Part shown: piece by piece, positions 46,464 to 54,910 of the stretch | How the letters are laid out: every line of letters starts with the position of its first letter | Position numbering within the stretch: position 1 is the stretch's first letter | Source: an uncultured bacterium | GTDB taxonomy: Bacteria; Omnitrophota; Omnitrophia; Omnitrophales; Aquincolibacteriaceae | Assembly (NCBI GenBank): GCA_964562525.1 | Contig: CAZLTL010000010.1 | Location: forward strand, 15,389 to 79,388 | DNA length: 64,000 nucleotides | Reading direction: 5' to 3' | The notes under the pieces: generated by a model | What the model saw: only the letters and a program-made list of their open reading frames with translations | Database searches by the model: none | Told to the model about the DNA's origin: nothing | Translations under genes and position numbers: made by a program

Positions 46464-47547
46464 TCAATTTGATTTTAATCAAAAGCCTTTTTTGGTGATT
46501 TGGGAAACGACACGCGCTTGTGATTTAGCCTGTGTGCATTGTCGCGCCTGTGCTCAACCATTGCCCGCGCCCGATGAATTGACAACGGAACAGGGCAAAA
46601 TGCTTTTGCGTCAGATTCAGGAGGCGGGAGCACCGTTGGTTGTTTTTAGCGGTGGCGATGCGTTGAAACGACCCGATATCTTTGAGTTGATTCGTGAAGC
46701 CAAGCGTTTGCGTCTGCGCGCGGCGGCAATTCCCGCGGTGACGCCGGCATTGACGCCTGAGGTTTTTAAAGAGTTTAAAGCGGCTGGTTTGGATCAGTTG
46801 GCGTTTAGTTTGGATGATGCTGACCCGGTTGTTCATGATCAATTTCGCCGTACGCCCGGAGTTTTTGACCGGACGCTGGAAGCGGTTCGTCTTGCGCGGG
46901 AGGCGGGGCTGGGTGTGCAGATTAATTCGCTGGTGAATGTTCATAATCAGGATCGTTTGGAGCCGTTAATGCGACTGATGGAAGGCTTGGACATTGTTTT
47001 TTGGGAGGTTTTCTTTTTAGTGCCGATGGGGCGCGGAAAAGATGTGGAAGTGATGACCCCGGAACTTTTTGACGCGGCATTTAAAAAGATTTATGCATTT
47101 GGGAAGCGTGTTTCTTTTATCATCAAAGTTACCGAAGCGCCGCATTACCGCAGATATTTTCTTGAGCAGGAAGAAAAACAAGAAGCTCGAAAAGTGGCGC
47201 TTTTAGGATCGAGCGCGCATGGCAAAAAAAATGTGCGACAACAAGCCGGTCGTGTGAATTCAGGGAAAGGATTTGCGTTTGTTTCTTATCGCGGCGATGT
47301 TTATCCCAGCGGTTTTCTCCCGATCGCGACCGGGAATATTCTTCAAACACCGATCGGTGAAATTTACCGCAATCATCCGGTGTTTCGCGAACTTCGAAAT
47401 GAATCGCTTTTAAAAGGTCGGTGCGGTCTTTGTGAATATCGTGAAACTTGCGGCGGCTCGCGCGCAAGAGCCTACGCGCTGACGGGCGACTATTTGGCGG
47501 AAGACCCGACCTGCGCTTATCAGCCGGCTTGCGTGCTTAAAACATGA
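46450..47547 (+). CDS. radical SAM / SPASM-domain protein (AhbD/NirJ-like)
   Basis: FLVIWETTRACDLACVHCRA (CxxxCxxC) and C-terminal SPASM/twitch CGLCEYRETCGGSRARAYALTGD...DPTC. Start placed at the internal ATG 46450 (MPIHDQ); ORF track opens at 46321 inside the HemY-like gene. Confidence 0.7.
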   Translation: MPIHDQFDFNQKPFLVIWETTRACDLACVHCRACAQPLPAPDELTTEQGKMLLRQIQEAGAPLVVFSGGDALKRPDIFELIREAKRLRLRAAAIPAVTPALTPEVFKEFKAAGLDQLAFSLDDADPVVHDQFRRTPGVFDRTLEAVRLAREAGLGVQINSLVNVHNQDRLEPLMRLMEGLDIVFWEVFFLVPMGRGKDVEVMTPELFDAAFKKIYAFGKRVSFIIKVTEAPHYRRYFLEQEEKQEARKVALLGSSAHGKKNVRQQAGRVNSGKGFAFVSYRGDVYPSGFLPIATGNILQTPIGEIYRNHPVFRELRNESLLKGRCGLCEYRETCGGSRARAYALTGDYLAEDPTCAYQPACVLKT

Positions 47548-48539
47548 TAAAACCTTCGATGCCTTTGTCCTTGCCGAAATGTGATCAAAAGCTGAAAAGA
47601 AACGGAATTTCTTTTGATCTTGCAATGCGTTTAATTCAGCTTGAAAAAGAAGAAGATGTGCGGGCGGTGATGAATTTAGCAGCCGAACTGACGACTGTGA
47701 TTCATGGTAGGCGTGCGGATCTGTGCCAAATTATGAACGCAAAGAGCGGTCTTTGCGGAGAAGACTGTGGTTTTTGTTCTCAGTCGCTCCGCCATCATTC
47801 TGAAACTGAAAAATTTAAGCTGACTCCACTTGAGATAGCAATCCAAAGAGCGCGAACAGCTCGGGAAAATGGCGCGGAGGAGTTCTGTATTGTGACGTCC
47901 GGTCGCCGATTGAATTCGGAAGAGTTTAAGCGGGTGATCGAAATGATTCGTGAAATTCGAAAGCAAGTTGCCATCAAAGTGGATGTTTCGATTGGTTTTT
48001 TAAGCAGGGAGGAGGCGGTGGCGCTTCGAGAAGCCGGGGCGCATCGTGTAAATCACAATCTTCAAACTTCGCCGGATTTCTACACCAAGGTTGTCAGTAC
48101 GCACTCGTATCAAGACCGCAAAGAAACTTTGCAGGCGATTCGCGGAGCGGGTCTTGAAATTTGTTGCGGAGTGATTTGGGGAATGGGAGAAACTCGTGAA
48201 GATCGCATCCGCTGCGCGTTTGAAATTAGATCTTTTAATCCCGAGTGTGTTCCTGTGAATATTTTGGATCCGCGTCCCGGGACACCGCTTGAGAACCAAC
48301 CTGGTATTGATACCGCGGAAGTTTTAAAAACATTGGCAGTGTATCGGTTGATTTTTCCCCAGACCTGTTTGAGGCTTGCGGCCGGGCGAAAGCGGCAATT
48401 GGGAAAGGATCAAAAAAAGGCATGGAATGCGGGCGTGAACGGATTAATTATCGGAGATTATTTGACGGTTTCAGGTGTGGCACTTGAAGAAGATTTTAGA
48501 ATGCTTAAAGAACTTGGCGTGAAATGGGCGCGACCATAA
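47544..48539 (+). CDS. BioB-family radical SAM protein (biotin-synthase-like)
   Basis: SGLCGEDCGFCSQS (CxxxCxxC), VNHNLQTSPDFY, SYQDRKETL, GLEICCGVIWGMGET and RLAAGRK align with E. coli BioB motifs. The BioB Cys128 ligand position appears to be Asp (IKVDVSIGF) by hand alignment. Confidence 0.75.
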   Translation: MIKPSMPLSLPKCDQKLKRNGISFDLAMRLIQLEKEEDVRAVMNLAAELTTVIHGRRADLCQIMNAKSGLCGEDCGFCSQSLRHHSETEKFKLTPLEIAIQRARTARENGAEEFCIVTSGRRLNSEEFKRVIEMIREIRKQVAIKVDVSIGFLSREEAVALREAGAHRVNHNLQTSPDFYTKVVSTHSYQDRKETLQAIRGAGLEICCGVIWGMGETREDRIRCAFEIRSFNPECVPVNILDPRPGTPLENQPGIDTAEVLKTLAVYRLIFPQTCLRLAAGRKRQLGKDQKKAWNAGVNGLIIGDYLTVSGVALEEDFRMLKELGVKWARP

Positions 48540-48554
48540 AAAATCAAAAATTTT

Positions 48555-49847
48555 ATGCAAAAAGAAATTGATTTAGCCAAACAATCTCAGGGAACTTTAT
48601 ATGTGTTTCTCTCAGAAAAGGATCATCAATGTCTTGAGGAAATTCATCAATGCTATGGTTTGACGCATCAAGATTTGCGCGAATTATGCGAAAACGCACG
48701 TGATCTCGAAATGTGGGGTGAATCTTTTGCCAGCGAATGGAATCGATTTGAACAAGAGGTCAGCCGGGTTTTTTTATCAAGGCAAAGAAAGAAGAGGCTC
48801 ATCGCTCATATTCGGCAAAGGATGGCGGATTTACGCGCTCGGTTAAGGGAATATCCCTCTCAGGATGTTGTTTCGAATCGATGCGAATCAAAACCGCCGC
48901 AAATCACTTGGCAAAAATCTCCGGAAGTAACTTGGGGGAAGTGTCCGGCATCTGTGCCCGCGCTTTTATGCTGTGGTCTGACGACGTTGGAGACAGCGGC
49001 TAACTGTGCATTTGAATGCAGTTATTGCGCGGTAAAACCCTTTTACGGAAATCAAATGGCGATTTATTCGGAATTGCGTCAAAGATTGACCCGCATGGAG
49101 TTGGATCCTAAACGCTATTACCACATCGGGACCGGACAATCTTCGGACTCTTTGGCTTGGGGTGATTCTGGAGGCATTTTAACCGATTTGTGCGAATGGG
49201 CAGCGCAACATCCTCAGGTTTTGCTCGAGCTAAAAACAAAATCAAGCCAAGTAGATTTTTTTTTAAAAAACAAAGTCCCCTCGAATCTGGTTTGTAGCTG
49301 GAGCCTGAACACGCAAAAAGTGATCGAGCATGAGGAGCAACGGACCGCGTCTTTGGAGTCACGTTTGGATGCGGCATGGAAACTTGCCCACAAAGGACAA
49401 AAGGTGGGCTTCCACTTTCATCCGTTGGTGAATTACGAAGGAGGTGCGAAGGAATATGATGCGCTTGCAAAAAAAATACAAAACAAATTCAAATCAGATC
49501 AAATTGCTTTTATCTCGTTTGGGACGCTTGTCTTTGGTAAATCAACTCTGCGCTTAATTCGCGAGCGAGGCGGGGCTGACAAAATTCTTCGGATGGAAAC
49601 GGAAATCGGACCTCACGATAAAGCAACTTATCCGGAGGCAACAAGGGAGTTTCTTTTTCGTGGGATGGTTGACAGTTTTAAAGATTGGCGCGACAAAGTT
49701 TTTATGTATTTGTGTATGGAAGATTCGGAGATGTGGCGCAAAGTTTTTGGATGGAGCTATGATAGCTCCCTTGCTTTTGAGCGAGATTTCTTTTCGAAAA
49801 TAGGTCCTCAAGTGGGGCTCCGTTTGGCTTCGGGTACCGAGATTTAA
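48555..49847 (+). CDS. radical SAM protein, spore-photoproduct-lyase (SplB)-like family, with ~130-aa N-terminal extension
   Basis: CAFECSYC (CxxxCxxC) at ~residue 155; the downstream region is SPL-like; the N-terminal domain is unrecognised. Confidence 0.55.
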   Translation: MQKEIDLAKQSQGTLYVFLSEKDHQCLEEIHQCYGLTHQDLRELCENARDLEMWGESFASEWNRFEQEVSRVFLSRQRKKRLIAHIRQRMADLRARLREYPSQDVVSNRCESKPPQITWQKSPEVTWGKCPASVPALLCCGLTTLETAANCAFECSYCAVKPFYGNQMAIYSELRQRLTRMELDPKRYYHIGTGQSSDSLAWGDSGGILTDLCEWAAQHPQVLLELKTKSSQVDFFLKNKVPSNLVCSWSLNTQKVIEHEEQRTASLESRLDAAWKLAHKGQKVGFHFHPLVNYEGGAKEYDALAKKIQNKFKSDQIAFISFGTLVFGKSTLRLIRERGGADKILRMETEIGPHDKATYPEATREFLFRGMVDSFKDWRDKVFMYLCMEDSEMWRKVFGWSYDSSLAFERDFFSKIGPQVGLRLASGTEI

Positions 49848-49849
49848 AA

Positions 49850-50887
49850 ATGACAGCGATTCAATTTGAGCGCGGAAACATATCCTTAGTTGAAGCGGAG
49901 GTTCTTCTTCAAAACGGCAGTGAAGAACAATGGAAGGCTCTTTTTTTGTATGCACGCGAATTAACCGAAATAAATTTCGACCACAAAATCGACTTCTTCG
50001 CACCGCTTTATTACTCAGATTATTGCGTGAATGATTGTGCTTACTGCTCTTTTCGAATTAAAAACCGTCAATTTTCAAGAAAAGTGCTTTCAGTCAAAGA
50101 ATTTTTAAAAGAGGCGGAATATCTTTGGCAGGAAGGGCACAGGTCGATTCTTTTGGTTGCGGGTGAGCATACTCCCGTTGCGGGAGCTGCTGCGTTGGTT
50201 GAGTATGCAAAAGCTTTGCATGCCTCAGAGTTTTTCTTTGAATTAGCCGCTGAGACTGGCGCGCTCACTTCTGAAAGCTATGCACAGCTTGTTAAGGCAG
50301 GGATCTCACGTAATTTGCTTTACCAAGAAACCTATGATCGCCAAGTTTACGCGCAGGTCCATTTATCCGGACCCAAGCAGGATTTTGATTGGCGATACGA
50401 AGCTCCGCTCCGCGCCCTTCAGGCGGGCGTCCAAAGTTTTGGCATGGGAGTCTTGCTAGGGCTTGCGCCGGATTGGAGAAAAGAGATCTTGGAGCTTTTC
50501 CGGCATGCCATGGCTTTAAAAGCCAAAGCTACGCGCCCTTTCTTTTTGACTTTTTCTTTTCCGCGTTTGTGTTCAGCCCAAGGTAGTGACATCGCTTCTT
50601 TCCCGGTGACCGATCAGGATTATGAAAAAATTATTGCGCTCACGCGGGTTGTTTTTCCCGATGCCGGGATTGTTTTAAGTACGCGCGAAACAGCTGCGTT
50701 TAGAAAAGAATTATTGCAAAAAAAAATGGGTATTACGCATATGAGCGCGGGGGTTTCAACGACGGTTGGTGGCTACACGAAAGCAAAAAAGATGAGCCTG
50801 GGGCAATTTGATATTTCAGATGAGCGGCCGCTGAAAGAAATTGCAACGGAAATGACCAAAATGGGATTTATTTTAAACCGCGTCTAG
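49850..50887 (+). CDS. radical SAM protein of the ThiH/HydE/MqnC-like family
   Basis: PLYYSDYCVNDCAYCSF (CxxxCxxC in the YSNYCxNxCxYC context typical of the ThiH/HydE/HydG/Mqn group); 345 aa. Confidence 0.6.
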   Translation: MTAIQFERGNISLVEAEVLLQNGSEEQWKALFLYARELTEINFDHKIDFFAPLYYSDYCVNDCAYCSFRIKNRQFSRKVLSVKEFLKEAEYLWQEGHRSILLVAGEHTPVAGAAALVEYAKALHASEFFFELAAETGALTSESYAQLVKAGISRNLLYQETYDRQVYAQVHLSGPKQDFDWRYEAPLRALQAGVQSFGMGVLLGLAPDWRKEILELFRHAMALKAKATRPFFLTFSFPRLCSAQGSDIASFPVTDQDYEKIIALTRVVFPDAGIVLSTRETAAFRKELLQKKMGITHMSAGVSTTVGGYTKAKKMSLGQFDISDERPLKEIATEMTKMGFILNRV

Positions 50888-51290
50888 CTTTTTTTGCGTC
50901 ATGGATCATCCGTTTAACCATGAGAGTGGCCGTTGCCTTGGCAACTAACTTTCGGTTTAATCCGCGGATTTCACATTCCAAAAACGAGAGCGTTTTCCCT
51001 TGCGATACGACATGCGCTCTTGCGTGGAGGACTGTGTTGATAAAGACAGGCCGAATAAATTGAATCTTCAATTCAACTGTCACTCCGGTTATATTTTTTT
51101 TGAATGAAGTTAGGAAAGCTTTTCCCATCGTTTCGTCGGCAAGCATGCAAAGCATGCCCCCGTGGATATGCTTGAAAATATTAACATGCTCTTCACTCAC
51201 TTTAAATCGGCACACGGCCTTACCGTTCGAAGGGCTTATGACATGCAGACCCAAAAGCTGTGTGGCAGGAGAGTGATCGATTTTTTTCAT
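50868..51290 (-). CDS. PaaI/YbgC-type hotdog-fold thioesterase
   Basis: HGGMLCMLADETMGKAF hotdog active-site motif, 140 aa; ATGA-coupled downstream of the B12-radical-SAM gene. Confidence 0.75.
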   Translation of the reverse strand: MKKIDHSPATQLLGLHVISPSNGKAVCRFKVSEEHVNIFKHIHGGMLCMLADETMGKAFLTSFKKNITGVTVELKIQFIRPVFINTVLHARAHVVSQGKTLSFLECEIRGLNRKLVAKATATLMVKRMIHDAKKARRGLK

Positions 51291-53404
51291 GAGAGAGTGG
51301 GGTGGTTAACGTCGCGTTGATAGAATCCGACTTCGAAAATGATGGCCCACACAAACCGAACGAGCAACGCCGTTTCTTGGAGGCTGACTTTTATCAACTC
51401 CACGAGGTTTAATCTCAAAATATGCCCGTGTTTTAAGTTGAGCTGAAAACTTTTCCAGTAATGATTTAAAAAACTTCGATTCGGAAGCAGAGCGATAGAA
51501 AATAAATTCAGTTTTTTTATCCAAAGTTGAAGTTTTGAAGGGATGCTGTGGGAGGTATTCTTTTCCGGCGTTATTGCGGCATGTCGGTAAAGAGATTGGA
51601 GGGTTGACAATTTGATTTTACGCCAATCGGTGAATTGGGTTTGAAGTTTTCCAAGTTCGAACAGAACCTTTTTTTCAAGTCGGCTACGTGGGCGAGTGAT
51701 AAGCCAAACCTCTTCCATTTCAATCAATAGGCGGCACCAACCGACTAATGTTTCGATGCGTGCCCATAAGCGTTGCTTAAAATGAACCCACGGGTTTTCT
51801 CGGGGGAAGAGACCGCGGCGTGTCAGGCGATCTTTAAAACGAAAAAACCCATGAATCATGGGGTGCCCTTTCTCAACCTGAATGGAATTTTTGCACCAAA
51901 TGAAATTAAGAAAGATATCCCAGTACCGCCTAGGGTGAATGTGGGTAAGAATTCTTTTCAAATTTTCAGGGGCGTAAAAAATTTGCCATGCTGATTCATA
52001 CACACGAGTCCATTCCCCGGGACGCATTTGAGCATGGCGATAAGTTTCGTGAAATGTGTCAAAATTATTTAAGTCAGCATCAATCATGAAGCCACGGTTC
52101 TTTCCATGGACATAGTCCATGGATCCAGGGAGAGGTGTCAGCATAAAAAAAGATGCTTGCTCGGCGTTCAACTCCAACAAGTTTGCCATGTTGCGTTGAA
52201 CGGATTCGGCAGTGTCAAACGGGAAACCAATAATGTAGGCTAGGTGGGTTGCAATGGCTGCGCTATGATAGGCCTCAATCATGGTCGAAAACTCGGAAAC
52301 TTTATTTTGTTTTTTAGAAGCAGCTTTGAGATTTTCTTCGTTGAGGCTTTCCATGCCGATGAAAACTTGCCGACAGCCCGCTTGAGAGGCCTTGGTGATA
52401 AAGTTTTGAATTTTATGAGAGAGCGTATCGACCTGAATCATGAATGTGATTGCAATATTCTCATTTTTCCGCAACTGAATCAGTCCATCGAAAATGAGTT
52501 CCCAGTTTTTATTCCGTGAAAAATTGTCATCCGTAAAAAAATAGTAAGATATTTTCTTCTCTCGATAATTATCGCGAATCCAATCGATAATGCGGTTGAC
52601 GGCACGAAAACGCATTTGGCGACCCTGAACATTGATGACTGTGCAGAAGCTGCATTGAAAAGGGCAGCCGCGGCCGCAATCCAGCGTCGCAAAATGTGAG
52701 ACGGCATAACGCGAGAGGAGATTCTTTGGAATTTCAGGCATAGGAGCCGCTGAAAGATCAGGCGCTTCATGCAAAAAATTGTAAACAGGTTGCGTTGAAT
52801 TGGTTAAAACATCGCGTAAAATTTCTTCCCAGCGATGTTCAATTTCACCGGCAACGAGAATAACGCCTGCGGATTTCAAATCAGCCAATTCAGGCGAGAG
52901 ATTAGCGAGAGTTGAAATCACGCCGCTGACATGAAAGCCCCCGATCATAACGTCGATATTACTTTTCTTTAATTCCAAAGCCAGGTCGTAAGCACGCGGG
53001 AATTGATTGGATTGAACTCCCACAAGACAAACGAGAGTATGCGTATTTTTTTTACGACTCTCGCGGATAATCCGTTGTGTGTCAACCTTCTGAACCGTTT
53101 CATCAATAGCCTCAACTTGCCATTTCAAATTAGGTCCAAGAGCTTGCCGTTTGCGAACATCCTCCGTTAGTCCGTAGAGGCAGGCAAGGGTATTGCTCGG
53201 CAATACACCTTTCCAGTAGCGTATGACATAGCCGTCATCATCATATTTTGAAGGCTTGATCAGATGAATCTTCAGCCGACGCGGAGAGTGGGAATCGGTT
53301 AAGTGTTTAGCGGATGACGCCGCATTTTTTTCTACATCGGCACTACACTGCTTACAAATCGGAACACGCTTCGACAAAGTATTAAATCTCCACAGGTTAG
53401 ACAA
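51287..53404 (-). CDS. B12-binding-domain radical SAM protein (class B-type) with long C-terminal extension
   Basis: N-terminal cobalamin-binding Rossmann-like region (LVCLVGVQSNQFPRAYDLALELKKSNIDVMIGGFHVSG), then CGRGCPFQCSFC (CxxxCxxC); 705 aa. Confidence 0.7.
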   Translation of the reverse strand: MSNLWRFNTLSKRVPICKQCSADVEKNAASSAKHLTDSHSPRRLKIHLIKPSKYDDDGYVIRYWKGVLPSNTLACLYGLTEDVRKRQALGPNLKWQVEAIDETVQKVDTQRIIRESRKKNTHTLVCLVGVQSNQFPRAYDLALELKKSNIDVMIGGFHVSGVISTLANLSPELADLKSAGVILVAGEIEHRWEEILRDVLTNSTQPVYNFLHEAPDLSAAPMPEIPKNLLSRYAVSHFATLDCGRGCPFQCSFCTVINVQGRQMRFRAVNRIIDWIRDNYREKKISYYFFTDDNFSRNKNWELIFDGLIQLRKNENIAITFMIQVDTLSHKIQNFITKASQAGCRQVFIGMESLNEENLKAASKKQNKVSEFSTMIEAYHSAAIATHLAYIIGFPFDTAESVQRNMANLLELNAEQASFFMLTPLPGSMDYVHGKNRGFMIDADLNNFDTFHETYRHAQMRPGEWTRVYESAWQIFYAPENLKRILTHIHPRRYWDIFLNFIWCKNSIQVEKGHPMIHGFFRFKDRLTRRGLFPRENPWVHFKQRLWARIETLVGWCRLLIEMEEVWLITRPRSRLEKKVLFELGKLQTQFTDWRKIKLSTLQSLYRHAAITPEKNTSHSIPSKLQLWIKKLNLFSIALLPNRSFLNHYWKSFQLNLKHGHILRLNLVELIKVSLQETALLVRFVWAIIFEVGFYQRDVNHPTLS

Positions 53405-53455
53405 ATTGCCACTAGATTCGAGAGCTTATTCTAAGCGTTGTTAGTTCGATTCTCC

Positions 53456-53471
53456 TATGATCGGGATCATA
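53456..53471. promoter_or_regulatory. palindrome TATGATCGGGATCATA in the divergent promoter region between the B12-radical-SAM operon and fabB-like gene
   Basis: 7-bp perfect arms TATGATC/GATCATA; a second TATGAT-N4-ATCATA site lies 120 bp away (53576-53591). Confidence 0.45.
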
Positions 53472-53575
53472 TTAGTTGTTGGGGAGGGGGATAGAAACTC
53501 TGTTCAGATTAGAGACATCGTGCTTTGTGAATCAGCTTCAAAATGCTAAACACCCACCCCCAAGTTATCGGCGAG

Positions 53576-53591
53576 TATGATGCAGATCATA
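53576..53591. promoter_or_regulatory. second TATGAT-N4-ATCATA palindrome (TATGATGCAGATCATA)
   Basis: 6-bp perfect arms; ~80 bp upstream of the fabB-like start. Confidence 0.45.
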
Positions 53592-53672
53592 TAGCTGTTT
53601 AGAATTCCCGATTAAACTGCAACCTGTTGTTTTTTGCTTATATGAGTTCGTTTAAAATTAAATCTAAGGGAC

Positions 53673-54899
53673 ATGATGCGCAGAACGGTGGTGACGGGGA
53701 TCGGGGTTGTATCATGTCTGGGGAATAATCAGCGCGAAGTTTTTGACTCGCTTTATCACGGGCGTTCCGGAATTTCCTACCAAGAAGAATATCGGAGACG
53801 GGGTCTTCGCAGCCAAATCGCGGGAAGCATTCGCATTCAACCGGCTGATTACATTGACAGAAAATCACTGCGCTTTATGGGAAGCGCGGCGGCTTATGCG
53901 TGTATTGCGATGCAGCAAGCTGTAGAGGATGCGGGCCTGAAGCTTGAATCGATTTCAGATGATCGAATTGGGGTTGTCGCGGGTTCAGGCGGAGCGTCTT
54001 CCTGCAATCTAGTTGATGCTGCGGACTCGTTAAGAGCGCAAGGTATACGCGGTGTGGGGCCTTTTCGTGTGCCGCGTACGATGAGCAGTACGGTTTCGGC
54101 TTGTCTGGCCAATTATTTCAAAATAAGAGGGGTGAATTATTCGATGACATCGGCATGCGCGACCAGTGCGCATTGCATCGGACATGCGATGGAACTGATT
54201 CAGCTTGGAAAACAAGATCTTGTTTTTGCGGGCGGCGGCGAAGAAGAGCATTGGACTTTGAGCATGCTCTTTGATGCGATGGGTGCGCTTTCGTCCGAAT
54301 ATAACACTGTTCCGGAAAAAGCGTCGCGGCCGTTTGATATGAGTCGCGATGGGTTTGTGATTGCGGGCGGCGGCGGAATTTTGGTTTTAGAAGAACGCGA
54401 ACGGGCTTTGCGGCGGGGAGCAAAAATTTATGCAGAGCTGGCGGGTTACGGCGCAAATTCGGATGGTTTTGATATGGTGCTTCCCTCAGGGGAAGGTGCC
54501 GCGCGTTGTATGCGTCAAGCGATTCAATCCCTTGGACAGGATGAGTCGGTAGACTATGTCAACGCTCATGGTACGGGAACCCAGCAAGGAGATTTGAAAG
54601 AAATGGCGGCGATACGGGAAGTGTTCGGTACGAAAATTCCCCGCATCAGTTCGACGAAGTCTTTGTCCGGCCATTCGCTTGGTGCCGCCGGAGTTCACGA
54701 AGCTATTTACAGTTTAATCATGATGGAAAAGGGTTTTGTTGCCGCTTCAGCCAATATTGATCATTTGGATTCTGCATTTGAAAATATGCCGATTGTGCGC
54801 CAAAGACAAGAGGGTGTGAAGCTGGATGTTGTGATGTCCAACAGCTTTGGATTTGGCGGGACCAATGCTTGCCTGCTATTTCGGCGTGATCAAAAATAA
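53673..54899 (+). CDS. fabB: 3-oxoacyl-[ACP] synthase I (FabB-type KAS)
   Basis: Near-colinear with E. coli FabB from the N-terminus ([27 protein letters not shown] vs MKRAVITGLGIVSSIGNNQQEVLASL); active-site Cys in [16 protein letters not shown], His-His in NAHGTGT and SGHSLGAAG; FGFGGTNA C-terminus. Confidence 0.9.
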   Translation: MMRRTVVTGIGVVSCLGNNQREVFDSLYHGRSGISYQEEYRRRGLRSQIAGSIRIQPADYIDRKSLRFMGSAAAYACIAMQQAVEDAGLKLESISDDRIGVVAGSGGASSCNLVDAADSLRAQGIRGVGPFRVPRTMSSTVSACLANYFKIRGVNYSMTSACATSAHCIGHAMELIQLGKQDLVFAGGGEEEHWTLSMLFDAMGALSSEYNTVPEKASRPFDMSRDGFVIAGGGGILVLEERERALRRGAKIYAELAGYGANSDGFDMVLPSGEGAARCMRQAIQSLGQDESVDYVNAHGTGTQQGDLKEMAAIREVFGTKIPRISSTKSLSGHSLGAAGVHEAIYSLIMMEKGFVAASANIDHLDSAFENMPIVRQRQEGVKLDVVMSNSFGFGGTNACLLFRRDQK

Positions 54900-54910
54900 A
54901 AAGGAATTTC

